DNA of 24,000 bases, from the NCBI RefSeq assembly GCF_018101145.1, contig NZ_JAGQEI010000001.1; one strand, given 5' to 3'. Below the pieces are notes generated by a model. That model saw only the letters and a program-made list of their open reading frames with translations. It had not been told where the DNA came from and made no database searches. Each line of letters opens with the position of its first letter. Within the stretch, counting starts at the first letter, position 1. The position numbers and the translations under genes were made by a program. Positions 1-8,498 of the stretch are shown in pieces. This stretch comes from Heyndrickxia faecalis. GTDB taxonomy: Bacteria; Bacillota; Bacilli; Bacillales; Bacillaceae_C.

Positions 1-1
1 C

Positions 2-85
2 GGGATTATGTTCTATGACCATATTAACAAGGACAATCCGTTCGCCCTTCCTGCAAACACGGATATCCGGAGCGTGTATGAATAA
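2..85 (+). CDS. 3' end of an unidentified CDS entering from the left edge (...GIMFYDHINKDNPFALPANTDIRSVYE*)
   Basis: Frame 2 is open from the window edge to TAA at 83-85 and is followed by a GC-rich hairpin. The fragment is too short to assign a family. Confidence 0.35.
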   Translation, partial: GIMFYDHINKDNPFALPANTDIRSVYE

Positions 86-96
86 ACAGCTTGCGC

Positions 97-123
97 AAAC
101 GGCAGCCTGCCCGGCTGCCGTTT
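97..123. terminator. Shared hairpin terminator between convergent genes
   Basis: AAACGGCAGCC (97-107) pairs with GGCTGCCGTTT (113-123) around a 5-nt loop. It lies between the stop at 83-85 (+) and the tnrA stop at 130-132 (-). Confidence 0.6.
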
Positions 124-129
124 GATGCA

Positions 130-450
130 TTATTCTCTTGTGCGGAAATAAGCATTCAGCTGGCCGCGGATGACTTGTTCGCGCATCGTGCGTTCATTGT
201 ATTTTTTCTCTTTCATATATTCTTTGCGGATTTCCGCAGTCTGGATGCCTTCTTCACGTTTATTGGCGATGTCCATCAGGCGTTCAACATCGGTAAATGA
301 ATATTTCCGGATCCCTCTGTTTGTCCGTTCCGGGAAAATCAATTTCCTTTCTTCATAGTAGCGGATTCTTCTTTCACTTAAGCCGGTTAATTCACATACC
401 GTTCCGATCGAGATGACTTTCTTTTCCAAGTATGATTCATTCGTTGCCAC
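130..450 (-). CDS. tnrA: MerR-family nitrogen regulator TnrA
   Basis: [57 protein letters not shown]...GQLNAYFR is nearly collinear with B. subtilis TnrA as I remember it. I place the start at GTG 448-450 because AAAGGGAGGA lies 6 nt upstream. The ORF-track ATG at 495 has no RBS. Confidence 0.88.
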   Translation of the reverse strand: MATNESYLEKKVISIGTVCELTGLSERRIRYYEERKLIFPERTNRGIRKYSFTDVERLMDIANKREEGIQTAEIRKEYMKEKKYNERTMREQVIRGQLNAYFRTRE

Positions 451-518
451 CGGTGCATCCTCCCTTTGTAAGGTGTTTTTATTAATATATACCAAAAAAG
501 CCGTTTAGACCATCTTTG

Positions 519-535
519 TGTAAGAAAACTTGACA
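519..535. promoter_or_regulatory. TnrA/GlnR box (TGTNAN7TNACA) upstream of tnrA
   Basis: TGTAA-GAAAACT-TGACA is an exact match to the consensus. Its centre is about 40 bp upstream of a TATATT -10-like hexamer (484-489, minus strand), which puts it near -50 as in TnrA-activated promoters. Confidence 0.6.
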
Positions 536-618
536 AAAATATACGTATTTTTCATCGGCACGTGAGATTACATAACAGCAGTCCTTTGATGTTCATTTTG
601 GATTGCTCTTACGCGGAG

Positions 619-647
619 TTGAGTTCTTTCCAATTTATCCATATAAT
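619..647 (+). promoter_or_regulatory. Sigma-A-type promoter candidate for the C39 peptidase gene
   Basis: TTGAGT (619-624), a 17-nt spacer, then TATAAT (642-647). This implies a leader of about 160 nt before the ATG at 815. Confidence 0.45.
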
Positions 648-814
648 AATTCAAGACTGGTTTCTCTGCAGGAATGGCGGCTTCCCGTGGCCGGCTTAAA
701 AGCGGGACAGACAGTTTCCCGTGCGCTTCCCCGGCCGGCAGGGGTTAAAGTGCATACAGGAAAGAACGGAAAGACGGTGAATGCTTTCGCCATAACCGAA
801 AGGGGAGTAGCACA

Positions 815-1511
815 GATGAAATCATCCAGGCTCATTTTTGCAGCAATCGTATTGATCGTCATGTTGCTCGCCTTAAATGAGTATCTGACCCATAAAGAAT
901 CGGCCCAAAAATCCGCGCAAAATAACGCTGCTGCCAAAAAACTGCTCGATGTGCCGATTATCAGGCAAATGGATGCGCCCCGCCTTTATAACGGCTGTGA
1001 AGTGACAAGCCTCGCGATGCTGCTTGTCGATAACGGTTTTCATGTGACCAAGAATCAATTGGCGGAAGAAATCAAGTATGTGCCGTTTACCTATAAAAAC
1101 GGGCAGCACGGCAATCCGAACGCAGGTTTTGTCGGGAACATGGAGGATGGTCCCGGGTATGGCGTGTACCACGGCCCTGTTTTTGAACTGGCCAAAAAAT
1201 ATGCCGGCAAAAGAGCGGCGGATTTAACGGGACAGCCTTTTTCAAAAATCCTGGAAAATGTTGAGGAAGGGCATGCTGTCTGGGTGATTACGACAGCCCG
1301 GTTTCAGCCGGTTTCTGATTTCAAAACATGGGACACGCCCCAGGGAAGTATTAACATCACATACAGCGAACACAGTGTTGTCATTACAGGGTACGATCCA
1401 GGCCATATTTATGTGAATGACCCGTATGGAACAAAAAATAAGCAGCTTGGCCGTGAAGCATTTGAGAAAGCGTGGAAGCAGATGGGCAGCCAGGCCATTG
1501 TGATCCGGTGA
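815..1511 (+). CDS. Membrane-anchored or secreted C39-like cysteine peptidase domain protein (YvpB family)
   Basis: The start at ATG 815 follows GAAAGGGGAG. The N-terminal hydrophobic segment is MKSSRLIFAAIVLIVMLLAL. LDVPIIRQMD..LYNGCEVTSLAMLL and EHSVVITGYD resemble the Cys and His regions of Peptidase_C39_2. The upstream part of ORF 603..1511 has no RBS. Confidence 0.72.
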
Positions 1512-1772
1512 ACAAAAAGCCTGACGGAAAACGAGCTTCAAAGTTGTTGGATTGCCCGAAAAAGCGCAAAAAGCGGCCGCCCGTGAATGTATGCTTGTAT
1601 AAGGCCCGGCATGTCCGGTTATATTATCCAAAAATGGCCCGTGTGTGTGCGTGTTGCGTTTAAACCTTGAAAGGCAGAGCGATTTTTTTATTTTCATTTC
1701 ATGGCTGTTTGCGCTTTCCTTTATAATTCTTTAAGACTGTTATAAAATCAAAGTAAAGGCAGGTGCAGAGGT

Positions 1773-2459
1773 ATGGACGGGAAAAAGATGGCCGGGGAGA
1801 AAGCAGCGGAACTCGTAGAAGATGGAATGATTGTCGGGCTTGGGACCGGCTCAACTGTTTATTACACGATAAAAAAATTAGGGGAACGGGTGCAAAGCGG
1901 CCTGCACATCACCGGTGTGCCCACCTCGCGTGCGACAGAAAAACTTGCGCGCGAATGCGGCATTCCGATAGCAGACTTGAACGACACGGCACAAATGGAT
2001 GTGACCATTGACGGGGCCGATGAAGTGGACCCTTCCTTAAATGGCATTAAAGGCGGCGGCGGGGCGTTGTTGTTTGAAAAGCTGGTGGCAAAGGCATCAA
2101 AAAGAAATATCTGGGTGGTGGATTCCCGGAAAATGGTTCAACAACTTGGCGCTTTTCCGCTGCCGGTGGAAGTGGTCCCGTTCGGATACAAGCATTTGAT
2201 GAAAACGTTTGAGCGGGAAGGATTAAACCCTGTCCTCCGGATGAAAGAAGGCCGGCCGTATGTAACAGACGGCGGCCACTATATCGTGGATATAAAGCTC
2301 AAATCGCCTGATATCGGCGCGTTTGGAGCCTGGCTTGATGGTTACACAGGTGTTGTTGAACACGGGCTTTTTCTCGGCATTTGCGATCTTGTTGTCATCG
2401 GGGACGGCAGCAAGGTATATACCAAGAACCGGGCGGAGGCAAAGAATATTATTTTGTGA
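1773..2459 (+). CDS. rpiA: Ribose-5-phosphate isomerase A
   Basis: The GLGTGST, DGADEVD and GIKGGGGALLFEK motifs are present, and the length of 228 aa is typical of RpiA. Confidence 0.9.
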   Translation: MDGKKMAGEKAAELVEDGMIVGLGTGSTVYYTIKKLGERVQSGLHITGVPTSRATEKLARECGIPIADLNDTAQMDVTIDGADEVDPSLNGIKGGGGALLFEKLVAKASKRNIWVVDSRKMVQQLGAFPLPVEVVPFGYKHLMKTFEREGLNPVLRMKEGRPYVTDGGHYIVDIKLKSPDIGAFGAWLDGYTGVVEHGLFLGICDLVVIGDGSKVYTKNRAEAKNIIL

Positions 2460-2511
2460 AAAACATCCGTATGGGAGACCATACAGAAATTTTAATTTCG
2501 GAGGAAGATTG

Positions 2512-3699
2512 ATGTATCGTTTATTAACCCATAATGACCTGGACGGGCTTGGCTGTGGGATTCTTGCCAGGCTTGCATTCGGAAAAGACATTGAAATCCA
2601 GTATAATTCTGTGTCCGGTTTAAATCCCCAGGTTGAAGCTTTTTTGAAAAAGGAACATAAAGAAGACATACTGTGGATTACCGATTTATCGGTCAACGAA
2701 AAAAATGCGGAGCTCCTTGATGCCTATGCCGCACAGGGCGGAAAAGTGAAACTGATTGACCACCATAAAAGCGCGCTTCACTTAAATGAGCATGAATGGG
2801 CTTCTGTCCAGGTGGAGGAAGACGGCAAACAGGCAAGCGCCACTTCTTTGTTTTATCGGTATCTGCAAGCGGAAGGAAAAATCAACCCGACAGGTGCTGT
2901 TGACGCGTTTGTCGAACTTGTCCGGCAAATGGATACATGGGAATGGGAACGCAACGGGAATATGCAGGCCAAAAAATTAAATGATCTTTTCTATCTGTAT
3001 CCGATCGAAGAGTTTGAAGAGATTTTGCTACATAAACTTAGCGGCAGTGAAACGTTTTCATTTGATGATTTGGAAGAAAAAATACTTGATCTGGAAGAGA
3101 AAAAAATCGAAAGATATATAAATGGAAAAAAGCGGGAAGTCTACCAGGCTGTGATTGACGGTTATTATGCAGGCGTTATTCATGCCGAGTCGCATCATTC
3201 CGAATTGGGGAATGCCGTTGCAAAAGAATACCCGCATCTCGATTATATCGCCATTTGCATGGTCGGAAAGAAACGGATCAGTTTCAGGACGATTCATGAC
3301 CATATTGACGTATCGGAAATTGCCAAAAAATACGACGGGGGCGGGCACAAAAAAGCATCGGGGGCCGTGCTGACGGAAGAGGCGTTCCGGCAGTTTGTCG
3401 TCGAAACGTTTAAAACAGAACCGCTGAAACGCGATTTTGCCCATAACCAGTCCAATATCAAAGGGCAGGAAGCGGGATGTTTATACCAAAACCGCAGCGG
3501 GGAACCAATCTTTATTTATAAAGACCCTCAAAAAGGCTGGGCGATCGAAGCAAGAGGCTTAAAGCAGTCTCCTTCTTTTTCTGCCTTTGAAGAAGCGGAA
3601 AAATTTGTAAAGCGCCAGTTCCAAGCATGGCTTACCCACGATGAGGCGTATTTGGAATATATGGACAAAAAGAAAAAAAGAAGCGAAAGTGGTTTGTAA
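2512..3699 (+). CDS. nrnB: DHH/DHHA1 phosphoesterase, NrnB-like oligoribonuclease
   Basis: The start at ATG 2512 follows GGAGGAAG. MYRLLTHNDLDGLGCG (DHH motif I), IDHHKS (DHH) and DGGGHKKASG (DHHA1 GGGH) are present. The 395-aa length is close to B. subtilis NrnB/YngD. The ORF-track start at 2323 overlaps rpiA and is rejected. Confidence 0.72.
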   Translation: MYRLLTHNDLDGLGCGILARLAFGKDIEIQYNSVSGLNPQVEAFLKKEHKEDILWITDLSVNEKNAELLDAYAAQGGKVKLIDHHKSALHLNEHEWASVQVEEDGKQASATSLFYRYLQAEGKINPTGAVDAFVELVRQMDTWEWERNGNMQAKKLNDLFYLYPIEEFEEILLHKLSGSETFSFDDLEEKILDLEEKKIERYINGKKREVYQAVIDGYYAGVIHAESHHSELGNAVAKEYPHLDYIAICMVGKKRISFRTIHDHIDVSEIAKKYDGGGHKKASGAVLTEEAFRQFVVETFKTEPLKRDFAHNQSNIKGQEAGCLYQNRSGEPIFIYKDPQKGWAIEARGLKQSPSFSAFEEAEKFVKRQFQAWLTHDEAYLEYMDKKKKRSESGL

Positions 3700-3703
3700 A
3701 GCT

Positions 3704-3727
3704 GCCCGGTGATGCCGGGCTTTTTTT
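3704..3727 (+). terminator. Rho-independent terminator after the nrnB-like gene
   Basis: GCCCGG (3704-3709) pairs with CCGGGC (3715-3720) and is followed by T7 (3721-3727). Confidence 0.7.
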
Positions 3728-3813
3728 CGTGCAGGTATAGAGCCGGTTGCGGCCAATTTGCACGAAAAAAAAGCGCGGCCTGCAACTTAGGTTTGCCGGG
3801 GAAAAAGAGGCTT

Positions 3814-3848
3814 AAAAAAGGCGCATCCGCGTTTGGATGCGCCTTTTT
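3814..3848. terminator. Bidirectional terminator (serves ndh on the minus strand)
   Basis: GGCGCATCC (3820-3828) pairs with GGATGCGCC (3835-3843). It is flanked by A6 on the left and T5 on the right and lies immediately downstream of the ndh stop at 3851. Confidence 0.78.
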
Positions 3849-3850
3849 CC

Positions 3851-5032
3851 TTAATATACAAGTGAGAATAACCCGTTAATATGGGCCAGGTAACGAATAT
3901 TGCTTGCTTCTTTCATAGCGGAAGCAGGGAAGCCTTTTAATTGCGTTTGGTTTTCCCCGATAAATGCAATGGCATCTTTTCTGCCGAGGCTTGCAAGCGT
4001 ACCGGAATTGATCGGGTGGAACGTCTGCATTTTCCCGCCTTTTAAATAAGCAGAAAGATTATAGCCAATCAATTCTCCCATTTGCCACGACATTTGTGCT
4101 GTTGGCGGATAAGGGCGTGCGCCTTCTGACGGGAAGACAACCGCGCTGTCGCCTGCAACAAACACATCCGGATGGGAAGTGGATTGCAAATAGGCGTTTA
4201 CGGTTGCACGCCCGCGGTTTACTTCAATCCCGGAATTCGCAACGACACGGTTTCCTTGCACGCCGCCCGTCCAGACAAGCGTTTTTGTTTCGATTTTCTG
4301 GCCGTCTTTTAATTCCACGACATTATCCTGGAATTTCGTAACAGGGATGCCTGTCAAAAATTGCACACCACGCGCTTCCAGGCTCTTCGTTGCCCGCTCA
4401 ATTAGATTTGGCGCGAAGTTCGGCAAAATGGAAGGCGCCGCTTCGACACAAATAAGCGAGATTTCAGAAGGGTCGATCGCAAATTTTTTCGACCATGCCG
4501 GCACCTTGTCCGCCAGCTCGCCAACCAGTTCAATCCCGGTCAGGCCGCCACCGCCGACAACAAATGTGGCATCCGCTTTGTTTTTCGTTTTGACATACTG
4601 CGCAAGGCAGGACTCGATATGGGCATGAATGCGTTTCGCATCGTCCACTGATTTTAACAGAAAGCTGTTTTCTTCAAGGCCCGGAATGCCGAAGAAAGCT
4701 GTTTCGCTGCCGAGTGCGACAACGAGCACATCGTAATTCAGCTTAAAGCCGCTTCCGAGCGATACTTCTTTCGAATCAGGCGAGATTTTTGTGACTTCAT
4801 CCACCTGAACGTCGACATCTTTACCTTTAAACAGTTTTCTGAGCGGAAGCGACACCCGTTTTTCAGAAACGCCGCCCGCCGCCAGACGGTGCAATTCCGT
4901 AATAATTTGATGGTCCGGCACACGGTTTACGACCGTGATCGCTGCATCGTCTTTTGACAAATATTCACGCGCTGATAACGCAGATAACAGGCCGCCATAA
5001 CCGGCCCCTAAAATGACAATTTTTTTACTCAT
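3851..5032 (-). CDS. ndh: Type II NADH dehydrogenase (NDH-2)
   Basis: MSKKIVILGAGYGG, VVGGGGLTGIELVGELAD, GRATVN..LQSTSHPDVFVAGDSA and a C-terminal ...LFSLVY are nearly collinear with B. subtilis Ndh/YjlD as I remember it. Confidence 0.92.
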   Translation of the reverse strand: MSKKIVILGAGYGGLLSALSAREYLSKDDAAITVVNRVPDHQIITELHRLAAGGVSEKRVSLPLRKLFKGKDVDVQVDEVTKISPDSKEVSLGSGFKLNYDVLVVALGSETAFFGIPGLEENSFLLKSVDDAKRIHAHIESCLAQYVKTKNKADATFVVGGGGLTGIELVGELADKVPAWSKKFAIDPSEISLICVEAAPSILPNFAPNLIERATKSLEARGVQFLTGIPVTKFQDNVVELKDGQKIETKTLVWTGGVQGNRVVANSGIEVNRGRATVNAYLQSTSHPDVFVAGDSAVVFPSEGARPYPPTAQMSWQMGELIGYNLSAYLKGGKMQTFHPINSGTLASLGRKDAIAFIGENQTQLKGFPASAMKEASNIRYLAHINGLFSLVY

Positions 5033-5066
5033 ATGGATCCCCCGTTTTCATTAGTTCTCATTCACC

Positions 5067-5516
5067 TTACTGCTGTTTGCTGCGTTCTTCCGCGACTGCA
5101 AGATAAGACTGCAGGAAACGGAACAGCTTCTGGGCTTGCGGATCTTTCAGCAACCTCAACAGGCCGAACAATCCGATTGTGTCTGTGGACGTCTCGGCAC
5201 GGTCTTTTGCTTCAATCGCAGTTTGGGCAAGCCCCTTTGCTTTTTCGGCAACGGGATCCAGAAAGCCTAGAAATCCGCCTTTAAAATCATTGACCAGCAC
5301 TTTATCTGTCATAATGGATTGCGCAAAATCATAGGCTTTGTTTAACATGGTGACCAGTTCGGCCATTTTCGGCAGGCTTTCAACCAACACCGTCAAAGAT
5401 TGCTGGATTTCCGGATCCAATAATTGATCCAGCAAATCTTTCTGTACGACTGCCGTTTCCGGGGTTACTTCCGGTTTTTCTTCAGGATTGCCTTTTTGAG
5501 CTGAAGTTTCTGCCAT
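5067..5516 (-). CDS. yjlC: DUF1641 protein, YjlC-like partner of Ndh
   Basis: This small acidic protein ends in IGLFGLLRLLKDPQAQKLFRFLQSYL, which is DUF1641-like. It sits 34 nt upstream of ndh, the same arrangement as the B. subtilis yjlC-ndh operon. Confidence 0.78.
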   Translation of the reverse strand: MAETSAQKGNPEEKPEVTPETAVVQKDLLDQLLDPEIQQSLTVLVESLPKMAELVTMLNKAYDFAQSIMTDKVLVNDFKGGFLGFLDPVAEKAKGLAQTAIEAKDRAETSTDTIGLFGLLRLLKDPQAQKLFRFLQSYLAVAEERSKQQ

Positions 5517-5600
5517 CTTCTATTTCTCCTTTTCTGATGGAATTCCCACACATATGTAGATGCAAAAAAATATACGGGTTCCCTGATTCCCCCCTCCTAA

Positions 5601-5640
5601 TTGTGAATTTCCTCCCATAATTACGTACCAAGATTCACAA
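5601..5640. promoter_or_regulatory. Two perfect Rex half-sites (TTGTGAA ... TTCACAA) upstream of yjlC-ndh with non-canonical spacing
   Basis: TTGTGAA lies at 5601-5607 and TTCACAA at 5634-5640, 26 nt apart instead of the canonical 4. Each has only a weak partner half-site at N4 spacing. Confidence 0.3.
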
Positions 5641-5786
5641 AGAAAGGTGATGAAACCTCATACATGACTAGTATATCAAATTTTCACCGTATAGAAAGTA
5701 ATTTGCTTTCCATTTTCGGGGGAAATCCGCATGTAAGCTTATTTTCTGTCCCGGCTGCCTGGGTTATGCATAGCAAAATATTTTGC

Positions 5787-5815
5787 TTGCATTTCTGCGA
5801 CTGCTGTTGTAAGAT
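5787..5815 (+). promoter_or_regulatory. Sigma-A-type promoter candidate for the proBA T-box leader
   Basis: TTGCAT (5787-5792), a 17-nt spacer, then TAAGAT (5810-5815). Confidence 0.45.
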
Positions 5816-5829
5816 AATTAAAAATACTG

Positions 5830-6066
5830 AACGTGAACGAAGGAATAGTAGGCGGATCACCCTTGCATAAGAGAGCGGCACCCACAGGCTGAAAGGTGCA
5901 GCAGCAGGCGGCCTGCCGAACCTGCCTTCCGAGTCCCGGAAAACCGGGCGCAAAGTTTTGCGTTATCAAAAAAGAGCGGGGCGCAAATGTCGCCCAAAAA
6001 AGGTGGTACCGCGAAAAGCAAGGCCTTTTCGTCCTTTTTACAGGGACGGAAAGGCCTTTTTGTTTC
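5830..6066 (+). promoter_or_regulatory. T-box riboswitch leader, proline-specific (CCU specifier)
   Basis: AATAGTA and the AGAGAG bulge (5869-5874) are present. The specifier-loop context is GAA-CCT-G, with CCT at 5920-5922. The T-box sequence AAAAAAGGTGGTACCGCG lies at 5996-6013. The terminator stem 6021-6034 pairs with 6044-6057 and is followed by a T-run, all directly upstream of proB. Confidence 0.87.
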
Positions 6067-6092
6067 ACCTTTTTTAGAAGGAGAGAAAAGCC

Positions 6093-7187
6093 ATGGAGAA
6101 AAACAGAGTCGTCGTAAAAATCGGAAGCAGTTCTTTAACAAATGACGCCGGTGAAATCGATGAACAGAAGTTTGCCGATCATATCGGCGCCCTTGTCGCA
6201 TTGCACAAAGCCGGGCATGAGGTGGTCGTCGTTTCATCCGGCGCCGTCGCGTGCGGGTTCCGGCTGCTCGGTTACCCGGCGCGGCCCGTCACGTTAAAAG
6301 GGAAGCAGGCTGCTGCTGCTATCGGCCAGAGTGTGCTCATCCAGCGTTACAGGGAAGCGCTCGGTGCTTACGGCTTAATACCGGCGCAAATTTTGTTGAC
6401 CCGGAAAGATTTTTCCACAAAAGACCGGTACCATAACGCTTATTCAACGATAACAGAGCTTTTGCGCCGCGGCGTCATCCCGGTTATCAATGAGAATGAT
6501 TCCGTGTCGGTCTCAGAACTGACTTTCGGCGATAATGATATGCTGTCAGCGCTTGTCAGCGGGCTTGTCCACGCCGGATGTCTCATCATTTTAACGGATG
6601 TAAATGGGCTGTACAGCACGAATCCAAAATACGACCGTTGTGCGCAGCGCATTGATTTTATCGATCATATTACGCCCGAGATGATGAAAATGGCTGGAGG
6701 CGCCGGGTCGAAAGCAGGAACAGGCGGCATGTTGTCAAAGTTAAAAGCCGCAAATACAGCGGTCTCCCTCGGCGTCCGGGTGTTTATTGGAAAAGGAAAA
6801 GGGTGCGATAAACTCGTCAGGATACTCGAAGGAAAAGGGGACGGCACGTATATCGGAGCCGCCCGCCCGGCTGTAAAGAGCCGGAAACAATGGATCGCGC
6901 TGTTTTCGGAAAGTGCCGGAAAAATATACATTGACCGCGGCGCGGAACAGGCTTTGCTGCAAAAAGGGAGTAGCCTGCTTCCGGCAGGCATTCAAAAAAT
7001 TTCCGGCACATTCCAAAAAGGCGATGTCGTGGACGTCTACGGCGCAAAAGGGCTGCTTGGAAAAGGGGAAGTGCTTTACGGTGCAGAAGAGCTGTTGCGC
7101 GTGCTTATGAGGCCTAGCGGGCGGGCAGCAGAAGAAGTCATTCACCGCGATCATTGGGTGCCTTTAAACAGAAAGGGGCTGGGTTAA
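6093..7187 (+). CDS. proB: Glutamate 5-kinase (with C-terminal PUA domain)
   Basis: RVVVKIGSSSLT, VVSSGAV, FGDND.LSA and a C-terminal PUA-like region are present. The RBS is GAAGGAGAG. Confidence 0.95.
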   Translation: MEKNRVVVKIGSSSLTNDAGEIDEQKFADHIGALVALHKAGHEVVVVSSGAVACGFRLLGYPARPVTLKGKQAAAAIGQSVLIQRYREALGAYGLIPAQILLTRKDFSTKDRYHNAYSTITELLRRGVIPVINENDSVSVSELTFGDNDMLSALVSGLVHAGCLIILTDVNGLYSTNPKYDRCAQRIDFIDHITPEMMKMAGGAGSKAGTGGMLSKLKAANTAVSLGVRVFIGKGKGCDKLVRILEGKGDGTYIGAARPAVKSRKQWIALFSESAGKIYIDRGAEQALLQKGSSLLPAGIQKISGTFQKGDVVDVYGAKGLLGKGEVLYGAEELLRVLMRPSGRAAEEVIHRDHWVPLNRKGLG

Positions 7188-8435
7188 ATGTCTGAAGCCG
7201 CAGAAAAAGGAAAAAAAGCGAAGAATATCAGCATGGTACTCGCCAAAAAAACAACGGAAGAAAAAAACAAAGCGCTTTTGGCGATTGCCCGTGTTTTGCT
7301 TGAGGACCGGGAAACGATCATTTTCGAAAACAAAAAAGACCTCAGGCGGGGGAGCCGGGCGGGCCTTCCGGAAAATATACTCGACAGGATGATGCTGAAC
7401 GAGAAGCGGATCCATGATATGTCAGAAGCGGTCCGGCTGCTTGTGAAATTAAGAGATCCGGTCGGGGAAACGGTCGAGGAAATCAAGAAAGAAAACGGAT
7501 TGCTCATCCTCAAAAAGAAAGTGCCGGTCGGTGTCATCGGCATGATTTACGAAGCGCGCCCGAATGTTACGGTCGATGCTGCCACGCTTGCGATCAAAAC
7601 GGGCAATGCGGTCATTTTAAGGGGAAGCTCGTCTTCCATCTGCTCAAATCAGGCGCTCGTCTCTTCCATTCACCGCGCATTGGCGGAGACAGGCTTTCCT
7701 GAAGATGCCGTCCAGCTCATCGAAGATACAGGCAGGGAGGCGGCAACAGAAATGTTCCACCTTCGTGATTATCTTGATGTCTTGATCCCGAGAGGCGGGA
7801 AAAAGCTGATTGATACTGTTGTCCGCGAAGCTTCTGTACCGGTGATTGAAACCGGGGCGGGCAATTGCCATTTATATATTGACGAAACAGCACAGCCGGA
7901 AATGGCCGTCCGGATCGCAGTCAATGCAAAAACACAGCGCCCATCCGTCTGCAATGCTATCGAAACGCTTTTAATCCATGCGCATTGGCTCGCCCAGCAC
8001 GGTGAAAAGCTGCTTAGCGCACTGGCGGAAAAAGGGGTGGAGATTTACGGAGACGAGCCGGTGCGAAAAATTTTTCCGGCTGCAAAAGAGGCGGCGGAAG
8101 AGGACTGGTATTGCGAATATCTCGCGCTTAAAATCAGCGTCAAAACGGTGGAAGATACAGATGAAGCGATCCGGCACATCAACCGTTACGGCACAAAACA
8201 TTCAGAGGCGATTGTAACAGAAGACGGGGCCCGAGCGGAACATTTCATGTTCATGGTGGATGCCGCCTGTGTTTACCATAATGCGTCCACCCGCTTTACA
8301 GACGGTTTTGAGTTCGGATACGGGGCGGAAATCGGCATCAGCACCCAGAAACTGCATGCCCGCGGTCCGATGGGGCTGGATGCCTTAACGTCCACAAAAT
8401 ATTGGATTTACGGGAGCGGCCAAGTCAGAGAATGA
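7188..8435 (+). CDS. proA: Gamma-glutamyl phosphate reductase
   Basis: The ATG directly abuts the proB TAA. The product has a typical 415-aa ProA layout, including [26 protein letters not shown] and HS.AI.T. Confidence 0.95.
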   Translation: MSEAAEKGKKAKNISMVLAKKTTEEKNKALLAIARVLLEDRETIIFENKKDLRRGSRAGLPENILDRMMLNEKRIHDMSEAVRLLVKLRDPVGETVEEIKKENGLLILKKKVPVGVIGMIYEARPNVTVDAATLAIKTGNAVILRGSSSSICSNQALVSSIHRALAETGFPEDAVQLIEDTGREAATEMFHLRDYLDVLIPRGGKKLIDTVVREASVPVIETGAGNCHLYIDETAQPEMAVRIAVNAKTQRPSVCNAIETLLIHAHWLAQHGEKLLSALAEKGVEIYGDEPVRKIFPAAKEAAEEDWYCEYLALKISVKTVEDTDEAIRHINRYGTKHSEAIVTEDGARAEHFMFMVDAACVYHNASTRFTDGFEFGYGAEIGISTQKLHARGPMGLDALTSTKYWIYGSGQVRE

Positions 8436-8439
8436 ATGC

Positions 8440-8475
8440 AAAACGGCGCGGCCAGATAGCCGCGCCGTTTTATTC
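8440..8475. terminator. Bidirectional terminator between proA and the convergent permease gene
   Basis: AAAACGGCGCGGC (8440-8452) pairs with GCCGCGCCGTTTT (8459-8471) around a 6-nt loop, with A/T runs on both sides. Confidence 0.82.
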
Positions 8476-8498
8476 ATATGCTCCGGGCAATCGTTTGG

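Noticed and set aside
799-811. AAAGGGGAGTAGC resembles the conserved 5' element of the yybP-ykoY (Mn2+) riboswitch.
   Set aside because: It lies 4 nt before the ATG and functions as the RBS. The downstream sequence is coding and lacks the other conserved yybP-ykoY elements, including the second GA-rich strand and the UUGACAUA-like segment.
603-814. N-terminal extension of the C39 peptidase ORF (ORF track 603..1511).
   Set aside because: There is no RBS at 603, and the extension runs through a good promoter (619-647). The internal ATG at 815 has a strong RBS and begins a typical signal or anchor sequence.
1512-1772. Searched the 260-bp gap after the C39 peptidase gene for a terminator or small RNA.
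   Set aside because: A T-run is present (about 1684-1690), but I could not find a convincing GC-rich stem preceding it. No supported feature could be called.
2323-2511. Upstream extension of the DHH protein ORF overlapping the rpiA 3' end.
   Set aside because: It overlaps rpiA out of frame. The family N-terminus (MYRLLTHNDLDG) starts at 2512, which has GGAGGAAG upstream.
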